A DNA stretch of 57,742 nt, counting the filler, from Bipalium vagum (Eukaryota), in assembly GCA_037834085.1 (NCBI GenBank). It is 3 parts of 3 records of this genome, joined end to end, with 100 filler letters (N's around TTAATTAATTAA, not from the genome) between each part and the next. Parts side by side here need not be neighbours in the genome. Positions count along the whole stretch, not along the records: positions 23,557 to 39,430 come from JBBMKC010141003.1; positions 39,531 to 57,742 come from JBBMKC010036125.1; 1 more part is not named here. One strand, written 5' to 3'. The translations under genes were made by a program, and so were the position numbers. The stretch's first letter is position 1, and every line of letters begins with the position of its first letter. The notes below the pieces were generated by a model. The model was given only the letters and a program-made list of their open reading frames with translations, was not told the origin of the DNA and made no database searches. Shown in pieces: positions 35,601-49,000 of the stretch.

Positions 35601-38471
35601 GGTAGCGACGTTTCTCATTTAAATTTACACAAAACATTTTGCATCCCACATGGTGGGGGTGGTCCCGGAGTTGGACCAATCGGAGTTAAGTTGCACTTAG
35701 CACCTTACCTTCCAAGTCATACAATATTACCTCCAACAATATTAACTGGAGAACCTGTTTCTGGAATGTGCAGCTTTGGTCCGGTAACATCAGCTCCTTT
35801 TGGATCTGCGTCAATTCTTCCAATTTCATGGGCTTATATTAAATTAATGGGTTTTCAAGGTTTTCTTTATTTATATTATAGTATCTTCACTGATTGATTT
35901 TAAATTTCTAAACAAATTATGAATTATACACATATTGGGAATATATCTTTTGGAAAGAGTCAATTTATTCATTTCTCCATAAATATTTTAAAATTATAAG
36001 TCTAACATTAAAAAAGTCAATGAAAAGAGTATTCAGAATTTTAATTAAATGATCCTAAAATTAAAAATTTAACGTTTCAATATTAATTTTTAACGTATAG
36101 AATCAATAATCAGCTGCATAATCTCATGAGGTGGAAGGCCTTTCTGAAGATGTAATGAATTGATGGTATATCTTAAAAGAGAAAATCTTAAGATAAAATG
36201 TTCAATGTAATTTCGTGTATTGTGATTATACTGTTAATATATTGTTAATGATATAATATATTTATTCGAATTGTAAAGCAAAATATTTAATTTAACCTTT
36301 TAAATTAAATTTGTAAAATAAAATGTAAATATAAATGTTTATATCAAATAAAGATTTATTACTCTATTACGCAAAATTGGCTCTACCTATGTCCTTTACA
36401 CTTGTGATTTTTAAATGTAAATGCCTTAACAATTTGTAACCTTTACGTTTGGCTAAAGTTAAGTTGCACAATTATCAAATATTTTTAATCGCTAACTGAT
36501 TGTGATCCATTATTTTCACATATTTCATTTGTTTGTTTATTGTAATTTGGTCATGTTTACTTGACCATTTCCTGATCGTTTTTGTTTGACTACCAAAAAT
36601 TTGTTAAATTTAACACAAAGCTAAAGGCATTTGAACAATTCAAAATGCGCAATTTTTAGAAAGCTTTGGTTGAATCTTTTCTGGTTTCCTTTGAAAAATT
36701 AAAAGATGTGTTCCACGCAATTTTAACTTAACATGTTTCATTATTATTATTTATGAAATTAGTCAATAATTGCTGAGATATTTGAAATGTAATTTATTAT
36801 CTTTGTATGGGGATTGTCTAATGTAAAAAATGTAATGTTCTTGTTTTAAATAAGAATGAGCTTATTACGTACATTTTAACAAATATTTTTTTTATCACTT
36901 TTAATGTATAGATATATTTTATGATATCAGACATTGTTATAAAATTGAGTTTTGGTTTTAAAATTTTTATTTTAACGAAGGATTAAAATTTATTAGAGAT
37001 TATTGTTGATTTGTGTCATAACTGAAAACAAAAGAAATCCTCCATTAAAACAACCTATTGTGTGATAGAAGCTGGTTTGCGTAAGGAACAGAAAGGTTCT
37101 CAAGGTTGAAAACTAGTCTGTATTATATAATAGGAAAAAATTCATCCCAATCAATTCGTAAATTAGCAGTTTGAACTTGGCCTTTTAAAATCAACTACTT
37201 TTTAAAGAAAAATTGTATATAACTTCGAATGGATTTAAATTATCTAGAAAATGTGCAAAGGGACAAGCCACTTAAAACCTGAAAATTTTGAATAATTTAT
37301 TTGTAATCTTTTGGTTTATTCATAAAAAGATTTAAAATCTCTCGTTTCTAAAATTGAGAAACCATTATCAATTTTGGAAATCTTAATTTTAAGCATATAT
37401 TTATTTCTTTTCATGTTAAAATTGAATCTTCTTAAATTTTATCGACGAAATTTCGAGTTTGTGCAAATATATTTCTGACAAAAGCTCTTTCTTAGGACTC
37501 AGACATGCATCGGAAGTAGCCATTCTAAATGCTAACTATATGCTGAAACGATTAGAAGGCCATTATAAGTCTAAATATGTGAACGAAAACGGATTTTGCG
37601 CCCATGAATTCATAATTGATTGTCAAGAATTTAAAAGTTGTGGAATTGAAGTTATCGATATTTCCAAACGATTAATGGACTATGGTTAGTTTATGATTAT
37701 AATATATATTTAATTGGTTTTAATTGTTAGTACATATATTAATTTAATTTGAATTTTTTTATTTATTTATATCACAAATTTACGGCTGCTTCATCGTTCT
37801 TTTTGAAAATTTTTACAGGAAATGAATAAATTATGCAGTTATTTCTTATTTAGTTAGATTAATAAAATATTATGTACTTTGCATCTTTACGATTTTATTA
37901 TATTTATTACAATGTGATATCAAATTATTAATCAATTTCATTCCAGAATTCAAGATGGAAAAGAAATTTGATTTACTTAGTGCATAATAGTTGATATAAG
38001 ACCTATTAAGATTATAAGTTTCATAAAAATAAAAAAATTGAGATAGAAATTTAGAAGAAAAAAAATGCAAAGTAAATGTCTATCAATTCGAAATTAAAAT
38101 ATAATGTCTCTGCAGTGATTTAAATTAATTTATATTTCATAAAATTTTCAAATAAAGTGTAAATTTCACTCTAAAGGGACATCCCCAAATGCGGCTTGTG
38201 GAATGAAATGGGTTAAGTAGAGTCTAATTTATATTTGATTTTAAATATTCTCAAATAATAAAATTATTGATTTTAAGGATTTCATAGTCCAACAATGTCT
38301 TGGCCTGTGGTATCATCTCTAATGATTGAACCAACGGAATGTGAAGATAAGGCAGAATGCGACAGGTTATGTGACGCTCTAATTCAAATTCGAGAAGAAA
38401 TCAAACTCGTTGAGAGTGGGAAGTTAGATCGAGATAATAATCCTTTAAAAATGGCTCCTCACTCGCAAGAA
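26687..38471 (+). CDS. GLDC: Glycine dehydrogenase (decarboxylating), glycine-cleavage P protein; internal 9 exons, both termini missing
   Basis: Exons 26687-26883, 29347-29572, 29616-29759, 29806-29886, 31549-31779, 35026-35520, 35574-35859, 37496-37684 and 38278-38471, all phase-compatible. Motifs: [78 protein letters not shown] (PLP lysine), MIEPTE. Confidence 0.97.
28680..29120 (+). mobile_element. Strongly decayed mariner fragment in GLDC intron
   Basis: Traces of EF..G...S, RP and [23 protein letters not shown] (second HTH), plus DET and WF motifs. Confidence 0.4.
30315..30600 (-). mobile_element. Tc1/mariner-superfamily 5' fragment
   Basis: [17 protein letters not shown] resembles the GSGRPR linker of the paired-like DNA-binding domain. 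Confidence 0.4.
30848..31292. mobile_element. MITE with about 26-bp TIRs in GLDC intron
   Basis: gtatcctaagtatccggactaggtat at 30849 versus atactcagtccgggtatttaggatac at 31267-31292 (4 mismatches as an inverted repeat). TA lies adjacent to both ends and there is no long ORF. Confidence 0.75.
33380..33965 (+). mobile_element. Tc1-like 3' fragment
   Basis: [14 protein letters not shown] (NPIEHLW motif) and a terminal ...RGHTS*. Confidence 0.55.
34200..34275. mobile_element. hAT-like terminus (single end)
   Basis: ...gtgctcctcgggactaaagaattggtgaccactg. The reverse complement CAGTGGTCACCAA is a typical hAT/Charlie end; no partner TIR was found. Confidence 0.4.
34331..34625 (-). mobile_element. 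Mariner 3' fragment with TIR
   Basis: TA|ttaggctgtaatataatttttcgtg, and [14 protein letters not shown] (third catalytic Asp region). Confidence 0.55.
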
Positions 38472-39307
38472 GTAACTATTGTGAATTCTATCTTTACTCG
38501 GTTGAACTCATTGTCATGATACTTCGCCATAAAACTTAACCTTAAATAATAATGTTCAACTTAAATATTTAATCCAAAGATAGAAAATTCCGCAAAATCA
38601 GTTTTCATAATTTTACATTTACTTTTTTTCCATTGGTTTTGATATAAATATGATATTAATTTGTGTGTATTAAATGGATATTGATAATTTATGTCAAATT
38701 CTTTTGTTATATAATCATAAAAAAGTGGCGATGGGCTGCTGGTTGCTAATGTCTGGTTTTGTTAAGCAAATCAATTTCAATGGTTAAACAACTTATAATG
38801 TAGTTGCATGATAGAATCATTGTTCCATATGGTCTCCTGAAATTCACGTTGACTATAATTAATAATGCTAACATCAACATCTGTATGGCTTATTGTGAGA
38901 ATTTTCTAAGCATTGCATTGTTACAAATGTAATGCTATGAAAATAATTGAAAATAAAAATATCTTTCTGTATGCTTCAGAAACATGAACTTAATTCACGA
39001 GTTCTCCACAACCCTTTCTGAAATTCTTCGATGTTAATTGTTTTCTTATAATTATCCATCTTTGAGAGTTCGATTCGACGATATTGTAATTTTGAATATC
39101 TTTGAGTCGAACTCACTTGTTTCTAAATATTTTATATTTTTAAAAAATTATATTGTTTTATTTCACTGATATAATATGTAAAGATTTCTTTGTGAACTTT
39201 ATTTCCACGTTTAACTTGAAATTTTATTTTTTTAGTTTCTATGAATGTTATACTTAAAGGCAAAATTGTCTCTTTATTGTTTTGGTTTGTTGGTCAAAAA
39301 AATATAT

Positions 39308-39430
39308 TGGGTTGGCAACTATGTTCGTGCGCTTTTTAAGAAGAAATGATAAACATAAATTTTTATTGATAAAAACAGTTTTAATCAATGATATGTTCAC
39401 CATTATTAAGAATGACCTTCTGTCATCTTT
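39308..39430 (-). mobile_element. Mariner 3' end and TIR, cut by linker
   Basis: TA|ttgggttggcaactatgttc, and R*QKVILNNGEHIID*. Confidence 0.75.
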
Positions 39431-39530
39431 NNNNNNNNNNNNNNNNNNNNNNNNNNNNNNNNNNNNNNNNNNNNTTAATTAATTAANNNNNNNNNNNNNN
39501 NNNNNNNNNNNNNNNNNNNNNNNNNNNNNN
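39431..39530. other. Artificial contig-joining linker (44N-TTAATTAATTAA-44N)
   Basis: Same 100-nt structure as 23457-23556. Confidence 0.95.
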
Positions 39531-40426
39531 AAGTTATCTAAAGATAGGTTAACCGTATACTTTTGTACAAGCATGACTGGTGAGAAACGAAAACCTTTAA
39601 TAATTGGTAAATTTGCAAAACCAAGAGGTTTTAAAGTACATAATTTAGCCTATTTTAACTATTTTAACAACAAAAAGGCATGGATGACATCGGAAATATT
39701 CTCTTCCGATTTGTTTAATTGGAAAAAAGAGCTCCAAAAGAAGAATAAAAATTATTATTATTATTAGATAACCGCCCGGCACATCCGAATATTAATGATA
39801 AATTAACTAACATTGACATAGTCATTTCTTCCAGCAAATACAACAAGTGTATCGCAACCACTTGATCAAGGTATTATTTATAATTTTAAATTGCAATACA
39901 AGAAATCATTACTTGCTGAAAGTATTAGGGCAATGGATTCGGGAAATGCTCTTGAAAAATTAATTGAAAATGTGTATATGGAGGATGAAATAATTAAATT
40001 TGGAATATTTTCAAATAGAGATGAAGTTGATCAGTTTTTGGCATTGGATAAAGACGTCGCTGTAATGGATACCGGGGAAGTTCCATGTGAAGAGGATGAT
40101 GATGAAAATAAAGCTACAAAATCAATGGACAGCTATTTGTGAGAAAATATCCAGGTTACAAGTAAAGAAGCGATGACAAACTTGAGAGTTGTTTTAAAAT
40201 TTTTGTCCAACAAAGACTTTTACGGTTCTACCAATATAAAATCGACAATGTCACAGGTAGAAGAACTTGCGGAAAATGATATACTACAATCTCGGTCAAC
40301 TCAGAAGACTTTACTCGACTATTTTCATAAATAAATAGTTTAAAATGTTAATTTTTTAAAAATTTTTTCGGTTACATCGAAGTATTTTGGAGTTCCCAAC
40401 AACTTCAATGTAACCGTTGTGCACTG
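39531..40426 (+). mobile_element. Tigger/pogo transposase DDE domain and 3' end
   Basis: SKDRLTV...TGEKRKPLIIGK..KPR.FK...NKKAWMTSEIF...LLDN.PAHP...FLPANTTSVSQPLDQGII. C-terminal QKTLLDYF. Terminal ...gtgcactg|TA. Confidence 0.92.
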
Positions 40427-40779
40427 TATTTCCAAATATTTTGAATTTTAACTAACCCTAATAACTCATCGTATCAGATTGATGTAATTTATTTGTGATT
40501 TTCTATACCAGACAAATACATGTGAAAAAATTATAGTCAATTTTCATCATATCAGAAATCCAGAACTACCGATACATTTAAGTAAATGTCATCTTAACTT
40601 TAATTAAACATTTCATGGGAAAATGTTTATCTTCAACTGTAAGTAAAATACATTCCAAAAAAACATTTCCTTTGATTAAAAGACGGATGCTTGTTTTTCT
40701 AAACCAGGTGTATGAAAATTGCGATTTATTAGTATCTTAGCGCCCTCTTCTAATTTATAAAATCATTTTACCATACCAT

Positions 40780-42040
40780 CGAAATACTTTAAAAATGTAA
40801 ATAACGGATTACAACTTAAAATTTGCACTAACTTTGAACATAAATAAAATTTATAAAATATATCCACATTCTATTCTGCTTTAAAGAAAGCAACGGTTGG
40901 AGTGTGTGTTTATTGATCTAATAAATAATAATTATGTTTAGCTAAATTAATTTCAGAAATAAGATTTTACATTTTATCACAAATATAATAATGTTTGCTA
41001 AAAGTTTACCGTGGATCATTTTTCTTGGAAGATGTGTGAAAACGCAAAGCTTACAATATTTTAAAGTTTCAAAAAATAGAACTCAAACCAAGGATTTGGA
41101 ATAATAATCAATATTACCACCAATAAAGTTTTAAAATACCTGGAGCGAATGTTTGACAATAAAGACAGAATGAGTCAAAATTATGCTTTTAAATGTAAAC
41201 AGCAATATATTTCACTATCATTGAAAAATGTTAAAGCCACTAAAAGTGCAAGTCGGAACTTACATTTACATAATCGGAAAAATAAAAGTAAAAAGAAGAT
41301 GTCGTTGGATGAGTAAAAATTATCGGAGATAAATTATATTTTAAATGACGAAAGTTATCTCTCTTTACATAGGAATCAAATTCACGGTAATGTCAATTAT
41401 TAAAAACAATTTAAAATTAAATAAATAATAATAAATAAATAAATAATAAATAAATAATTATTATTAAATACAATTTTTAAAAAATATTTGAGCCAAATGT
41501 ACATAGTCATATCAAACAAAGGTGTCTGAAAATTATTTTAAACAAAATAGTCTGGTGATCATTAGTGGAATTTATTAAAAAGAATGTTTGGCTAAGATTT
41601 TGATACTATTTTTTGAAAAATATTATGACAAATCTTTGATTACGTACTAGCCCGACAAAGCCATATGCGAATACGGTCCTCAACTTTCTGAACTCATAAA
41701 AATATCATATGTTCTAAAAGATAAGAACCAAACACATCTTCCAGTTGAACACTACTTTGGTGAACTGAGTACCTAAGTGTACAGAAAAGATTGTAAAGCC
41801 AAATCTATTAAGCAATTAAAAACAAGTCTGAAAAAGATGGATCTAATTGGCGTAAAACATGCCTGTTCCACAATCAATACCAAACTACATTCTTTTCCTG
41901 GTAATGGACCTTTCATTCAAAATCCACATTTTACAGTTTGTTAATAATAATAAAATATAAATATAATAAAACATTTTAAAATAGTTTTTATTATTAATGA
42001 CTGAGACTATAAGTTAGTATACATTTTAAAGAGCACTTAT
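40780..42040 (+). mobile_element. DD37E/L31-like Tc1/mariner remnant
   Basis: NDESYLSL...HGN..Y, IVISNKGV, KECLAKILI, PDKA, KDKN and VYRKDCKAKSIKQLK resemble this group's motifs. Many frameshifts. Confidence 0.6.
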
Positions 42041-42049
42041 TACGAAATT

Positions 42050-42900
42050 GGATATCAAAGTAGAATATATCAGAGTTTTGGCAAAACTTTATGACAATAG
42101 GGAATAGAAGAGTTCAGATCATCGTATAAATTGGCGTGGAAGAATCTCGTGATGCTAACCACCATGATGTCCGAGAAGTTAGACCAAGTAAAATAAAGTA
42201 GTTAACGTTTGTCAAAGAGATGATATAGGATTTTGATAAAGTAAATTGCTAGGCCACTCTATAATATATGTATGGGTTTGTAACCACAAGGAGTCGAACA
42301 GCTGAGACTAGTTCGATGTTTTGTTGCGGTAATGGAGATCATTTAAGAATGTACTGCTCAGTGAAGAATGTATGTTTAATATGTGGGAAGAACGCAGATC
42401 ATTTTCGGTCTTATTCATTTTTGGAAGTGGGTCCAAAGATACAATGTAAACAAATATTATGTATTCATGAGCAGGTTACCGGAATATCTCAAGATGAAAT
42501 ATTACAAGATGATATGGACGATAATATAAAAAACATTGTAGACTTCATTGCTCACATCTCCATTTTGAGATCTAGTAAATAATTCTGAATATAAATCAAG
42601 GTGTAAAGGATGTACCGATGTTTAAGACAACTGATAGTAGACAGTGAAGTTTTGAAAGATAGGTAAACAAAAGCTTGAAAATTGGTATTCTGATTTTCAG
42701 TTAGTGTTGAGTGAGGAATGCTGGAGGAAGATGTGATATTCTGAATTGTTTCATCGCAAATTGTAGCGAAGTGGTGAGAAATTTTGAGATGGTTGCAGAC
42801 AAAACGCGTGAGTCTAAGTAGGATAAGAGACCAGAAGCAACTTGAAGAAGTATTAATCAGAGAAAAAACCACAGAATCTAAATAAAAACGATTTCTGATA
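42050..42900 (+). mobile_element. Retroelement gag/ORF1-like fragment with two CCHC-like zinc knuckles
   Basis: FCCGNGDHLRMYC and CLICGKNADHFRSY in ORF 42268-42582. Confidence 0.5.
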
Positions 42901-44739
42901 TGAAAGCCCTTACAGGATTACAAAATTTTTATCTCCACATCAAATATAATCGAGGGGTCCAGAACTGAACTCAGCTTATTGCTTAAAAGATGACCGGTGA
43001 ATAGTCAGAGTAGGGACAGATTATTGGATGAAATCGACTTTAAACGAGATTTAGATTATTGATTTGTTATTTCATCTAATTTACCTTTATTGATCATTGA
43101 TTTATTTATACTTTATGACTTATTGAGTATTATTATTATTCTTAACTGATTAGATCGATTCTATTGACTGGTTATTGTTTTTTATTCTTAGCTTTCGTAA
43201 AATTGTTTTGAATATTCCAACAGGAAAGGATCCCGTTGATATAAACTATTAAATTATACTGATAGTTATTATGTACTTAATTGTGTTAAGTATGATTTCT
43301 GAAAGGTTGGTCAAGTACACATAAAACCAAGCATGATGGTGTATAACGAAATTATTAACAATAGATTAAGAGTTGAATAAGTTATTAATATTTTATTATT
43401 TTCTTACTTCATAGTAGTATTGATATGGGTTTTCTATTGATCATTTCCTCATTTATGTTAAAATTAATTTGTTTAAGCTAAAATTTAATTTTGTACCAAA
43501 ATTGGTAAAATAAGAAATTTGTGAAATTTTTCTTTTCAATATTACAAAAATTTTATTCAACCTGGTAATTGAATGATAGAAGAAACATTTCAAGGAAATT
43601 AACAGTTTCAATTTAAACAAAATTTTTATAATTTCAGTTTTTAAAAAATAAATTTATTGTCAAAAGAAAAAACTTGAAACATATTTGTTAAGAAATATTA
43701 TAGTAAATTTTAAAAATTTCAGCTACAAAAGTTACACATTTATCTTTTATTGTTAACTTTTATTTTTTCTTCAAATCGGTGAAAATCTAGAAATTTATAT
43801 AATTAGCAGTCTGATATATGAAAAAATAATATTAAATCTGATTTGCTAAGTAATAATGAAAAAGTTTTACATTTTTTATTATTTATTTTAAAAGTTCTTC
43901 AATTCACTGGATTAAATTTAATTAAAATGAAATGAAAAATTAAAGAGAAATTTCTTATTGAATTTGTTGAACAAGTAAATTTTATCGCTTTATTCAGTTT
44001 TCACAAAATGGAAATTTGTCACGTACACTTAGTTCTAAAAAGTATCATAGAAACTTTGAACAAAGTAATAATATGCTTTTTTTGAAATATTATTTGCTTT
44101 TCTAAGTAGCAGATAAAAGAAAAGACCGATTATGTTATTAAAAAGTCAAATAAGACATTTGATTTAAAAAGCTTTGAAATTGAAAGTAAATAATTTTCAC
44201 TTATGAAACGAAATGAATAACCTACTATTTTAAGAAGACAATATCTTAAGAGATTAACCTCAAATTAACTAGGAGTCTAACTCGTCTTCATATATAAGAT
44301 TTATATTGACTTTAAGTAGAAGAAAACAATTAACATTTCAGTTGTTTTATTTTAAGATAATAATTACAACAGTTGACTTTAAAGTGTAGTTTTGTAACAT
44401 TATTTAAGGTTAAGTTAAAATTTTAACACTTGATAACTAAACGTTAAAATAAAAAAGGTTATAATAGAGTAGTAAGGAAATATTCAAGTGCATGTAATAA
44501 TAAAAAGACATTGAAGATTTTAAAGCCATTTTATAGAAGTTTGTTTACCTTTGTATAACCTGGTAAAGTTAAGTTGACCATCTCATTTAAAATGAAAGAT
44601 ATTCTTAAAGGCGTATGTAATTATAATATTATACATCTTTCAATAGAGAATATATACTTTTCCAAATTTAATTTCTTCATCAGTCATTCACAAAGTGATA
44701 GACCGAGCGTAAAACGTGATAAGAAAGGTATAAATTTTT

Positions 44740-44940
44740 TTAAATAAGAGTCTTTAGAAGGATAAAAGAGGCCATCGAAAATTTGAAATTGGAAAAGTAT
44801 TAATCAGAAAAGAATCACAGAATCGAGAGAAAAAGATTTTTCGTATGAAGGCCATTATCGAATTACAAAATTTATAGTTCAAATTGAATTGAGAGGTCCA
44901 AAACAAAACTAAAATAAGAAGAAATGAATAGATAAAAAAT
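44740..44940 (+). mobile_element. Gypsy-type integrase C-terminal (GPY/F-like) fragment
   Basis: DKRGHRKFEIGKVLIRKE...K.DFSYEGHYRITK resembles F.+GD.VL....K....Y.GPY.I. Confidence 0.45.
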
Positions 44941-45404
44941 TGCAAGAATCTTCTTGAGAACTACAATGAAAACAAAATCCTTTCAATTCTTAAACTTGAT
45001 CTAACTGCAATAAGTAGAGTACATCAAACAGCAATGAAATATGATGTAAAATCTTTATGAACAAATTTAAAAGATAGGCAGACATTTTGATAGTCCTTAA
45101 TTGATTCAATAATTAAATGATATTCAAAATTCAGCAAGAAGTTAAAACTTTTAAAATGTTAATTATCAAAACCGAAATCGATTTTGGTGCAAGACTAATA
45201 AGAAAAGAAAAAAATATTCCAACAGAAGACTTATTTGAAAATTCAAGAGACCTCCTTCCAGAAAAAATCAGTTAAGGAAATTAGTAAAAAATTTAAAATA
45301 AATAAATTATATTAAAAGTTAAATCTGCAGAGAAAATAACTGCAAGAAAAATTCGTGGCTTCTGACGTAAAATGTCGTAGTTTTCCATAATCTTCTGAAG
45401 CAGA

Positions 45405-45668
45405 ATTCTCTCGGAGAATTTTATGGCAATTCACTACGGATTCCATCTCCTTATATACTATTCTCTTCAGACGATCAATCAATCGTAGACCAGCTTTATC
45501 AATGGGGAATGTCAATTCCCTTTTTAGCTCATTAATTCTAAATCGGTCCCTCCTTGCGGACTCTGATCTAATCTTGGCAATTTAGGTTCGCCATTGTCAA
45601 GATAAAATCTTTTTAAGGAAATATTTAATTGCCCTCTTTGTTTTAATGTACCTTTTAATTAATTAATT
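45405..45668 (-). repeat. Dispersed repeat copy 2 (ELTFPIDKAGLRLIDRLKRIV)
   Basis: Reverse complement aligns colinearly with 270-530. Confidence 0.85.
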
Positions 45669-46057
45669 ATTTTATTTCTGAACCTTTTGCGGTCTCTATC
45701 ACATGCTTTTACAAGGGATTACAGGGATGTGTAATTGATTAAATTATTTCAAAAATTCCACTGGTTACTTTCACCTTTTACTTCCATGGAATTTGTATCA
45801 AGGGATCAAAAAGGTGTACATATAGAATTTTTCGTATTATTTATCGCACTAGTATTCAAGATTCTTATTCTGTTTTAACGAGAATATTTAAATAGTAGTG
45901 TAAGGGTTAAAGATGACTAACAAAATCAGACATATAACATTTTGTTAATAAATTTATTTCATTGGATTTTACAATAAAATTTCCTTTATCAATTACTTTA
46001 ATTATAATGGACATTCTGTGTTTAATGTTTAAAGCTTGGTAAAAAAATCGGACATAC

Positions 46058-49000
46058 CTCTTTAGAACTATTTACTTCATGCAACTGATCGCAAACATTG
46101 AATGATAATTCATCTAAAATTGAAGTTGTAAAATTAGCTTTAAATTCCGGATACTGCTCATATAAGGGATCCATACAATCCAACATAAGGCACTGCAGCT
46201 CACAGTAAGTTAAAGCTCTAACTTCATAACCGGACCTGGACGGATAATGACTGACGTCCGGTCCAAATAAATCAAATTTACCTAAAGTAATAATCAAATA
46301 TCAGAATATATTTTTATAAACATACCAAGTAATGCAACTACAGATTCATATTGATCTAAAATTTCCATAGATCCACTGCAGACAAAGAAAATATACTTGA
46401 TGGCGTCGCCTCGACGTAAAAGATATTCTCCAGGAGTTGCAAATATTGTTTTTATTTGCTGAGCTAAACTCTTTTTACATGCATTACTCGCCTTGTCAAA
46501 TAAAGGAAGTGACATCATCTCCTTATTTAAATGTAATGAAATATCTCCTCTCATTTCTTCGGGAAAATCTTTCAGAATCTAACAAAAACAGATAAACGGT
46601 TAATTAAGTGAAAATGGTTCAACTTCAGACGGTTCAATTCCTCTATTAATTACCCAATTCGTCTGGAAAAATTCCAGCATTCGTTGTTTCAGTGATTTTG
46701 GAATGTGATGGACTTTGGTAAAATCTTTCAAATCTTGATTTTTAGTTTGGTACGTAGTTTTTCGGGCATGCATTCTTTGAATTATAGCCGTGACATTACC
46801 AAATATAGCCGCATGCATCAGTGCTAGGCAGTAAAGAGGAAAGCATTAAAATTTTCATCATGATGGAATTGTTATGATGTTAATTATAAATTTCATTAAA
46901 AGGAAAATAGGATCAAACATTTCTCTTACAATATATCCATTTATTAATATTTTATATTTTCATTTTACGTAAAAGCGGTTTAATTATGTGGGTAAAATAT
47001 CAGTAAATAATAACGATGTAGATTAAAAATTAAGAAATATTTGCATTACATGAATTTAGAAAAATTTAGACAAAAATATTCGTTGGAAATTATGTAGCAT
47101 TAAAAGAATTAATCTATTTGTAGAAAATTTTATTTAGAGAAATTGATAAAGTAAATGTACAACTAATCATAATGGTATTTACTTCGGTCGAAATTACAAA
47201 AGAAAATAGATGGAAATAACGGTAATATGTAAAATGGTAAAGTTATCGATTTAAAAATAAAAATGTTTTCGAAATTGTTACCTAATAGATTATTTATTAT
47301 TATCAAAATTGTCAAAAAGTTGTTCAATGAGGTTCGTAGACAATAGGAGATAATTAAAAATCAAATAATAATTGTTGATATTTAATTATTATGTAATATT
47401 TGAATTTTTTTAATTTTCGAGAAGTTTGGCAGATTTTTAATTAAATAAATATTAAAATAGAGAATTTGTCGGATTATGATTTTTTAACAGACTCGGTCAA
47501 AAATGATACTTATTAGTAATAAGTTATTACATTGTTTTAATTAAAAAAGGAAAACAGGTTTGTTACAAATTTATTAAATAAAAAATTGATTGGTAATTCG
47601 ATTGAATATTTTGTCGCTACATCCATTCATATAGATATGAATTTAGGGCATCACTATATAATCCCTTCATTATCACGATCTTAGTCTTCAGTTTCACTCA
47701 AATCGACTTAATTCTTTGACTGTGAGGTTCACCTTATAATGAGTAATAATATGACGGATTTCCTGTCTCCAACTAACTTCAAAAATATGTTTCCAAAACA
47801 TGCCAAAAACCCATAACTCATGATCAGGAGTCCGTCCTTTATGATTGTGGACTAGATCAAAATTAATACTTGATTGGATAGAACGGTCAAATAAAATACT
47901 TGATGTAATTGAATGATTAAAAATGATAGTAGATAGTCATTTCGGTCTAAAAGCATTATCCGATTTTTCTTATTTAAAAGGGTTGAGTTCGACAGAAACT
48001 CACAGACAAATATTTCTTTAATATAAATAAATCATAAAAATATAATAATTATATAAATAAATATTCTCTAAATTAATTTATTATAACGTCAAACAAATAT
48101 AGAAAAATTTTATTCAATGGAACAACTGAAATTTCATTGTTTAATGTAATATTTTAAATGAGAAATATAATATTTTTTTACATCAATTGGAACAAATTAA
48201 GTACAAAGTCAATATAAAAATGAAAGTTTGCTAAACTTAAATATTTTGGAATTTATATATATTTAGAGAAATTACAAAAAACAAATTATAAAAATATTAG
48301 AACAAATATAAAATGTTACATATCGGGAGAATATAAATAAAGTTTGGTAAACATTAATTAATTGACTTTTAATTTATATAAATACCTGTGCTTCATATAT
48401 TTTTATCATTTACGAGTGACTTTGCAATTCCTTCGTGACTATTTAAAGAAAATTAATTTCAGCTCCCCGGAGTGAGTTTTATCACAATCACATTTGGAAT
48501 CAATCAGAATTATTAATGAAACCATCACGTTCACCATTTAGTTTTTATGGTTTATTTTAACTTAATGTCTTATTTCATAATTTCCAGCTGAATATAAGAT
48601 TGGCAGTTAATTAATTAAATAAATTTCGATTCTGTAAACGGGTATAGGAAACTTAAAATATTGTAATGTGGGTTTAAATAAATATTAAATGTTTTTTGCA
48701 TCGAGAATTACTAAATCCTTTTGTTTATGTTAAAATTTAGATAATATTTCGTAGAGGAAGTTTTTTTGTTTCTTATATTGTTTTTTGATTCTTATATTGT
48801 GAAGTATCATCAAATGAAGAAATTCGACATCCTTTAACATTACATAAAAGAATTCTACGCAAATTGCAAGAAAATCTATAAAAATGGATTATCGCATTAT
48901 GATTTTCAACTAATTTAATTTCATAATTCTGTTTTAACAATTGTTTGAATTGACCAATTACCGCATTTTTTCAAAAAATTAAATATCGCATTGTGAGTCT

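Noticed and set aside
38165-38217. piggyBac-like terminus (...gggTTAA), also at about 45903-45910
   Set aside because: No partner TIR or transposase found.
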